Source: Polyangiaceae bacterium
Lineage (GTDB): Bacteria > Myxococcota_A > Polyangia > Polyangiales > Polyangiaceae
Assembly (NCBI GenBank): GCA_035063585.1
Contig: JAPSGB010000007.1
Coordinates: 1-64,000, forward strand
Reading direction: 5' to 3'
DNA: 64,000 nucleotides
Below the pieces are notes generated by a model. The model saw only the letters and a list, made by a program, of their open reading frames with translations. It ran no database searches and was not told where the DNA came from. Position 1 is the stretch's first letter. The number at the start of each line of letters is the position of its first letter. The translations under genes and the position numbers were made by a program. Positions 58,520 to 64,000 of this stretch are shown here, one piece after another.

Positions 58520-60565
58520 ATGCGCTCGCTCTACGACGCCGACGAGGCCGCTCGATTCCTCTCCCGCTACCGGGCGGATTTCGGCGAGGAGCTCGCGCTC
58601 CGCGTCTACACCTCGCGGCTCCTGGGTCGAGAGCCGGCGCTCGTGCTCCACGGGGGCGGCAACACTTCGGTCAAGAGCGAGGCGCGCGAGCTCACCGGCG
58701 AGTCGGTCTCGGTGCTCTTCGTCAAGGGAAGCGGCTGGGATCTCTCCGACATCGAGCCGCGCGGTTTCCCGGCGTGCCGTCTCGAACCGCTCCGTCGGGT
58801 GGCCGCGCTCCCGGCGCTGACCGACGAGGACATGATGCAGGCGCTGCGCGGGCAGATGCTGGATCCCGCGAGCCCCACCCCCTCCGTGGAGGCGCTCCTG
58901 CACGCGCTCCTGCCGGCTCGCTTCGTGGATCACACCCACGCGGACGCGGTGCTCGCGGTGGTCGATCAGCCGGACGGCGAGGCGCGGGCGCGCGACGTCT
59001 GGGGGGACTCGCTCACGTTCGTACCGTACGTGATGCCCGGCTTCGCGCTCGCCCAACGGGTCGCAGCGCTCGTGCCGCGACTCGCGGACGCGCCGACGCT
59101 CATCCTCGACAAGCACGGCATCTTCACGTTCGGCGAGACGGCGAGGGAGAGCTACGAGCGGATGCTCGAGGCCGTGAGCGCCGCCGAGCGCGCCATCGCG
59201 CGCACCGCGCTCGCGCTCCCCGGCGCGCCCGACGCGGCCGCCCGACGAGAGCGCCAGCGCCAGCTCGCGCCGCTGGTTCGGGGCGCGCTCGGCCGATCCG
59301 AGGGCGGCCAGCGCTTCATCCTCTCCTGGCAGGACGAGCCGGCCGTGCTCACGCTCCTCGCGCGCGCCGACGCCGAGCGGCTCACGCGGCTCGGCCCGGC
59401 TACGCCCGATCACGTGATCCGCACCAAGCCTGCGCCGATGTGGCTCGACCCGAGCGCCGAAGCGCCGGCGGTCGAGGCTCGAATCGCCGAGTACGTCCGG
59501 TGGTACGAGGGTTATTTCGAGCGCGGCGCGGAAGCCCGCGGGCGGCACCCGACCCGCCTCGACGGGCTGCCACGCGTCATCATGGTTCCGGGCGCCGGCG
59601 CGCTCACGGTGGGCAGCACGCTGCGGGACGCCCGGATCGCCGGCGATCTCACCCTGCACACCGCTCGCGTCATCCTCGACGCGGCCGCGCAAGGCGGCTA
59701 TCGCCCGGTGAGCGAGCTCGACTCGTTCGACGTCGAGTACTGGAGCCTCGAGCAAGCCAAGCTCACGCTCGGCCGTCGGCCGAGCGGGCCGCTCGAGCGA
59801 CGGATCGCGCTCGTCACCGGGGCCGCCGGGGGCATCGGCCTCGCCACCGCGCGCCGCCTGCTCGAGGCGGGCGCGCACGTCCTGTTGAGCGACCGCGCCG
59901 CCGAGTCGCTCGACGCCGCCGTGCGCGCGCTCGCGCGGGAGTTCGGGGCGGCGGTCGCGGGCGAGGTCGCCGATGTTCGGAGCGCCAGCGAAATGGCGCG
60001 GCTCGTCGCCCGCGCGGTCGAGGCCTTCGGCGGCCTCGACGTGGTGGTCTCGAACGCGGGTACGGCGCCCGGCGGCCGGCTCCACGAGCCCGAGGGCGAG
60101 GCGGCCCTGCTCGCCTCGCTCGAGACGAACCTCCTCTCGCACCAGTACCTCGCGGCGGCCGCCGCGCGCGTGATGCTCGAGCAGGGGCTCGGCGGCTGCC
60201 TGCTCTTCAACGCCTCGAAGAGCGCGTGGAACCCAGGCCCGGACTTCGGGCCTTACGCGGTGGCCAAGGCCGGGGTCGTCGCCCTCATGCGGCAATACGC
60301 CGTGGATCTGGGCGCGCACGGCATTCGCGCGAGCGCGGTGAACGCGGATCGGATCCGCACCGAGCTCTTCGGCGGCGGCGTGCTCGAGGCGCGCGCCAAG
60401 GCGCGCGGCGTCGGCGCGGACGAGTACTTCCGTCAGAACCTGCTCCGGCGCGAGACCACCGCGCGCGACGTCGCGGACGCCTTCCTCTTCCTGGCGACCG
60501 CGGAAGGCTCGACCGGCGCGGTCGTCACGGTCGACGGCGGGAACCCGGCCGCGTTCCCCCGCTGA
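58520..60565 (+). CDS. Bifunctional class II aldolase / short-chain dehydrogenase (rhamnulose-1-phosphate aldolase-SDR type)
   Basis: HGGGNTSVK, KGSG, PSVE, DHTHAD, HG, TPDH, EYWSLEQAK; then TGAAGGIG, NAG and YAVAK. SD GGAGG. Confidence 0.92.
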   Translation: MRSLYDADEAARFLSRYRADFGEELALRVYTSRLLGREPALVLHGGGNTSVKSEARELTGESVSVLFVKGSGWDLSDIEPRGFPACRLEPLRRVAALPALTDEDMMQALRGQMLDPASPTPSVEALLHALLPARFVDHTHADAVLAVVDQPDGEARARDVWGDSLTFVPYVMPGFALAQRVAALVPRLADAPTLILDKHGIFTFGETARESYERMLEAVSAAERAIARTALALPGAPDAAARRERQRQLAPLVRGALGRSEGGQRFILSWQDEPAVLTLLARADAERLTRLGPATPDHVIRTKPAPMWLDPSAEAPAVEARIAEYVRWYEGYFERGAEARGRHPTRLDGLPRVIMVPGAGALTVGSTLRDARIAGDLTLHTARVILDAAAQGGYRPVSELDSFDVEYWSLEQAKLTLGRRPSGPLERRIALVTGAAGGIGLATARRLLEAGAHVLLSDRAAESLDAAVRALAREFGAAVAGEVADVRSASEMARLVARAVEAFGGLDVVVSNAGTAPGGRLHEPEGEAALLASLETNLLSHQYLAAAAARVMLEQGLGGCLLFNASKSAWNPGPDFGPYAVAKAGVVALMRQYAVDLGAHGIRASAVNADRIRTELFGGGVLEARAKARGVGADEYFRQNLLRRETTARDVADAFLFLATAEGSTGAVVTVDGGNPAAFPR

Positions 60566-60577
60566 ACCGCAGCGTCG

Positions 60578-62455
60578 TCAGAACCTCGCGGTGACGTCCA
60601 GGCGCGCGCCCTCGAAGGGCGGAAACACGCGGCACACCCCCGACACGCAGCGCAGCGCGCCGCGCCGCTGACCGACGAAGAGCGCGAGGCTCGAGTCGCT
60701 GGTGAAGTTGTAGCGGACCTGCCCGTTGAAGTAGCTGCCGGGCACGCTCGGGCGCGTGTCGTACTCGACGCCGGCCGCGACGATCCAGCGAGGCGCCCAC
60801 TGGAGGCCGGTGAGATGCTCACCCTCGAACCAGGGCTCCCCCTCCGCCTGCGGTTCGAAGCGGTAGCGGTGCCAGCCCTGGAGCTGGAGCGAGAACGGTC
60901 CCGTGAGCCAGGCGATGATGTCGTAGCGCCCGTACTCTTCGCGATAAAAGACCCGCGTCGGGCCGGCGTTGCTCGCGTGCACGACGTCCGTGCGATCGTC
61001 GCGCGCCCCGAGCACGACGTTCGCGCGCGAGCGCCTCCGGTTCATGGTCTTCTCGACCCCGACCGCGACGTCCCACACGCCGTTGTGATTCTCGGAGACC
61101 GTATCGCAGGTGGTAAACCCGGAGAACTCCGCCCAGGTGTCGTAGCGGCCGACCCAGGCGTAGACCGTGTCGTCGTCGCTGACCGCGACGTCCGTCTTCA
61201 CGCGACCGCCGGTCACGCAGGTGTTGAAGTTGTTGAATTCGGTGTCGGTGTAAATGGACTCGGTGGTGGGCGGCGCGTTGTACTGGACGAGACGAAACTC
61301 GCCCGCCTTCGTGTCGTCGATGTTGGCGCCGAGCGGGTAGAATCCACGGTAGTGCTTGCCCTCGAGGAGCACCGTGACCGGCTGCTCGATGAGGCTCAGG
61401 CTGCCGTAAATCGCGTTGCCTGGCTCGGGATCCTCGCCGATACCGACGGACCGGCGCTGCTGGTGGGCGATCTCGAGGTAGGCCGCGCCGTAGCCGCCGA
61501 GATCCGGCAGACTCATCGACGCGCCGAAGGTGCGGGCGTCCGTGCGGCTCACCGGGCCGCTCGACGGGTTGTCGCGAAAGAGAAACGCGCCGCGCGCGCC
61601 GATCATCACCATGCGGGTGCCTGCCTCGAGTTGGCCCGCGGCCACGCGATCGGTGAAGTAGGTAGTGGGCGCGCCGTCGCGGGGTCGCGGCATTCCGGCC
61701 TCGGCGAGCTGCGTCAGTCCGTCGTCGAAGCGACCGAGGAGCCGCCCCGACGGCCGCACGGTGAGCACGCGGCCGCTCGCCTCGTCGATGCGAAGCGGAT
61801 TCAGCGCGCCGCCGACGGCGGTCGCGTCGAGGCGGAACGCCCCTTCGCGAAGGTGTCCGGTGACGCGCCCCCCGCGCACCGTGACGTCGCTCGAGATCTC
61901 GTCGTACTTTCGTACGCTGAGCACGAGCCCGCGCCCGAGCTGGGCATATACGTCTCCAACCGTCGCGTCGAGGTCGGGCGTCGCGTAGGTGAGATAGTAT
62001 TTCGCCGGATAAAATAGGTTCTGAAAGCGCGTGTCGAGCTGCTGCGTCTGCGCGGCCGCGCGCTGCGCTTCATAGTAGGCTCGATCGTCTCCGGGCGGGC
62101 GGAGCTCACCGGCGAGCGGAGGCGGACGGTGCTCGAGCATTCGCTCCGCGATCTGATCCGCGCTCCGGGACGTGAAGAACCAGACCGCGTCGAGGCGGAG
62201 CCCCGCTTGCCATTTCCCCCAGCTCGCCTGGAGGTTCAGGCGGTTATAGAACATGCCCCAGCGGTCGTCGGCGGCGGTCTCCGCCTTGCCGGCGCGGAAG
62301 TTTCGATTGTCGAAGTTATAGAGCAGACTCCCCGCCTCGGTGATGTCCACCGAGACGGGCTCGCCCGCGAGCGCTCCCGGCTCGAGCGCGCGTGCTCCAC
62401 GCCCGACGGAGAGGACCGCCGCGCACAGCGGAACCACGGCGAGCAGTCGCTTCAC
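60578..62455 (-). CDS. Outer-membrane beta-barrel protein, DUF6029-like
   Basis: Signal peptide (ARA), GDVYAQLGRGLVLS, YNAPPT; C-terminus GQRRGALRCVSGVCRVFPPFEGARLDVTARF. Family assigned from memory. Confidence 0.75.
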   Translation of the reverse strand: MKRLLAVVPLCAAVLSVGRGARALEPGALAGEPVSVDITEAGSLLYNFDNRNFRAGKAETAADDRWGMFYNRLNLQASWGKWQAGLRLDAVWFFTSRSADQIAERMLEHRPPPLAGELRPPGDDRAYYEAQRAAAQTQQLDTRFQNLFYPAKYYLTYATPDLDATVGDVYAQLGRGLVLSVRKYDEISSDVTVRGGRVTGHLREGAFRLDATAVGGALNPLRIDEASGRVLTVRPSGRLLGRFDDGLTQLAEAGMPRPRDGAPTTYFTDRVAAGQLEAGTRMVMIGARGAFLFRDNPSSGPVSRTDARTFGASMSLPDLGGYGAAYLEIAHQQRRSVGIGEDPEPGNAIYGSLSLIEQPVTVLLEGKHYRGFYPLGANIDDTKAGEFRLVQYNAPPTTESIYTDTEFNNFNTCVTGGRVKTDVAVSDDDTVYAWVGRYDTWAEFSGFTTCDTVSENHNGVWDVAVGVEKTMNRRRSRANVVLGARDDRTDVVHASNAGPTRVFYREEYGRYDIIAWLTGPFSLQLQGWHRYRFEPQAEGEPWFEGEHLTGLQWAPRWIVAAGVEYDTRPSVPGSYFNGQVRYNFTSDSSLALFVGQRRGALRCVSGVCRVFPPFEGARLDVTARF

Positions 62456-62457
62456 GG

Positions 62458-63009
62458 CTACTTCTTGGCGAGGGCCTCGGCGAGGTCATGGTCGAGCGCT
62501 TCTGCGCCGCCCGAGGTGTACCCCTCCCGCTTCAGCAGGACGCGGCCGTCGCGACCGATGAGCACGCTGTAGGGCGCGCTCGTCTTCGGATTGTAGAGCG
62601 CCACGACCCGCGTCTCCTGATCGAGCAGGATCGGGAAGGTCACTCCGAGTTTTGCCACCTCGGTCTTCACCTGCGCGACCGAGTCGGGTCCGTCGATCGA
62701 GACGCCGAGCACGACGAGCCCTTGGTCCTTGTACTTCTGGTAGAGCGCCTCGAGGTGCGGCATGGCCGCGAGGCAGGGATCACAGTAGGTCGCCCAGAAG
62801 TCGATGAGCACGACGTCCTTGCCCAGATGATCGCCAAGCCGGACGGTGTGTCCGTCGATCGTGTCGAGCTGGAAGTCGGGTGGGCGGCTGCCCTGCGTGC
62901 CGTGCGCCGCGCCCCCTGGCGCCGTCGCGCCGCCGCAGCCCGCCACCGCTTGGCCGAGACCGAGTGCCAGAAGTGCGCCCAGGAGCCGCCGTGTCATCTC
63001 GCTCGTCAT
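62458..63009 (-). CDS. TlpA-like thiol-disulfide oxidoreductase lipoprotein
   Basis: VAGC lipobox, PPDF, DFWATYCDPC, FPILLD, APYSVLI. Start ATG 63009 or 62997. Stop lies 2 nt before the barrel start. Confidence 0.9.
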   Translation of the reverse strand: MTSEMTRRLLGALLALGLGQAVAGCGGATAPGGAAHGTQGSRPPDFQLDTIDGHTVRLGDHLGKDVVLIDFWATYCDPCLAAMPHLEALYQKYKDQGLVVLGVSIDGPDSVAQVKTEVAKLGVTFPILLDQETRVVALYNPKTSAPYSVLIGRDGRVLLKREGYTSGGAEALDHDLAEALAKK

Positions 63010-63116
63010 TATCGAACGCACGCCGGAAGGCAAGCCGCACCGCGCGAGCGACCGCACAAAATGCGCGCGCCGCCCGAGCAGAGAGCCCGCGCGGCGCGAG
63101 GGGCCGGCGGCCGCGG

Positions 63117-63800
63117 CTACTTCGCGCCCACGACCGCGTCGACCTGATCCCAGAGATCGGAGCTCGACGGATCGTAGCCGAGCACCTTGGCAGTGATCTT
63201 CATGGTGCGGGTGTCGACGACCATGTTGAGCGGCGTCGCGTCTGCGCTGAAATAGGCGCCCATCTTGAAGCCCGGATCGATCAGGAACGGGAATTCGACC
63301 TGATAGGTCTGCGCCCACCACTGCACATCCGCCGGCTTCGCGGGCTCCTGGTTGGCGTCCTCGAAGAGCACGCCGACGAACTCGACGCCCTTGGTCTTCA
63401 GCGACTCGTACCGGCTGCTCGCGCGGAAATCCGCGTACTCACCCTTGCACACCACGCACCAACGCGCCGACACGTTGATCATGAGCGCCTTCACCGACTT
63501 CGACCCATCCGGGTTGTAGTAGTCCGACAGGCGAATCGGCTGGAACTTGGTCGGGTCGTAGCCAGCGGCCGCCGGGTTCTGCCAGCCGAGGAATTCGAGG
63601 TTCTGAACCGTCGAGCCAATCTCGGAGCCGTAGGGGCCGGCCGGATAGGCGGCGGTTCCGTTGTTGCCGTTGCCGCCGCTCGTCGCCCCTGCCGCGCCGT
63701 TGTCGAACGACTTGCCTTCGTCCGCCGAGGAGCCACCGCACGCCGCCAAGAGCGATGCCAACGAAACGACGCACGCACCCGCCAACCAACGATTTTTCAT
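63117..63800 (-). CDS. Thioredoxin-fold (redoxin) lipoprotein
   Basis: LAAC lipobox, YPAGPYG, SARWCVVC, TPLNMVVDTRTMKI. Confidence 0.85.
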   Translation of the reverse strand: MKNRWLAGACVVSLASLLAACGGSSADEGKSFDNGAAGATSGGNGNNGTAAYPAGPYGSEIGSTVQNLEFLGWQNPAAAGYDPTKFQPIRLSDYYNPDGSKSVKALMINVSARWCVVCKGEYADFRASSRYESLKTKGVEFVGVLFEDANQEPAKPADVQWWAQTYQVEFPFLIDPGFKMGAYFSADATPLNMVVDTRTMKITAKVLGYDPSSSDLWDQVDAVVGAK

Positions 63801-63833
63801 GCAGAGAGCTCCCGGGAAAGGCCGACCTTGCCG

Positions 63834-63861
63834 AGCTTACTTTCGGGCGCGCGCCCGTCAA
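63834..63861 (-). promoter_or_regulatory. Putative sigma70-type promoter of the redoxin-TlpA-barrel cluster
   Basis: TTGACG (63856-63861), 16-nt spacer, TAAGCT (63834-63839). The spacer carries the palindrome CGGGCGCGCGCCCG. Confidence 0.55.
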
Positions 63862-64000
63862 GCCACCTGAGCGCTTCCCAAACGCTCGACCTCGGGGTAC
63901 TACGCCGCAGAGCCGGGCTCGGTTTCGCGCCCCAATCGCATTGACCCCACCACTTTTTTTTGACGCGACTGGATAGGGCCACGCACGAGCCCCGAGGGAG

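Noticed and set aside
52043..63800. Selenocysteine recoding in the thioredoxin-fold genes
   Set aside because: All three CxxC motifs use Cys codons with no in-frame TGA.

Overview
Very GC-rich (roughly 70-75% by eye), gene-dense chromosomal segment. Gene content points to Myxococcota, most likely Polyangiales/Polyangiaceae (inference): Gly-rich and Cys-rich lipoproteins, two TIGR04551-like barrels, Ser/Thr kinases and a HARE-HTH protein. About 50 CDS and one tRNA-Gly(GCC) are supported. The core genes are hutH, asnS, xerC, rel, hemW, trmFO, topA, dprA, murB, alaS, mscS and an RNase HI, interleaved with lineage-typical envelope genes. I found no CRISPR array, IS, prophage or convincing integrated element. 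Most long ORFs in the track are antisense or off-frame shadows. Best candidates for follow-up: (1) an operon at 32.7-36.5 kb with a double HARE-HTH / RD-repeat / degenerate Mrr protein, a lipoprotein and a ureohydrolase missing three of six metal ligands, behind a structured leader; (2) an outer-membrane barrel with a C-terminal CxxxxC downstream of two thioredoxin-fold lipoproteins; (3) a barrel plus giant lipoprotein serine hydrolase pair; (4) a DUF432-like / MscS / degenerate M48 operon; (5) window-wide signals: -10 boxes 5-10 nt before start codons (leaderless mRNAs), CTGAGCG/CGCTCAG hairpins between convergent genes, and a 19-bp direct repeat in two promoter regions. Family names come from motif recognition only; no database search was run.
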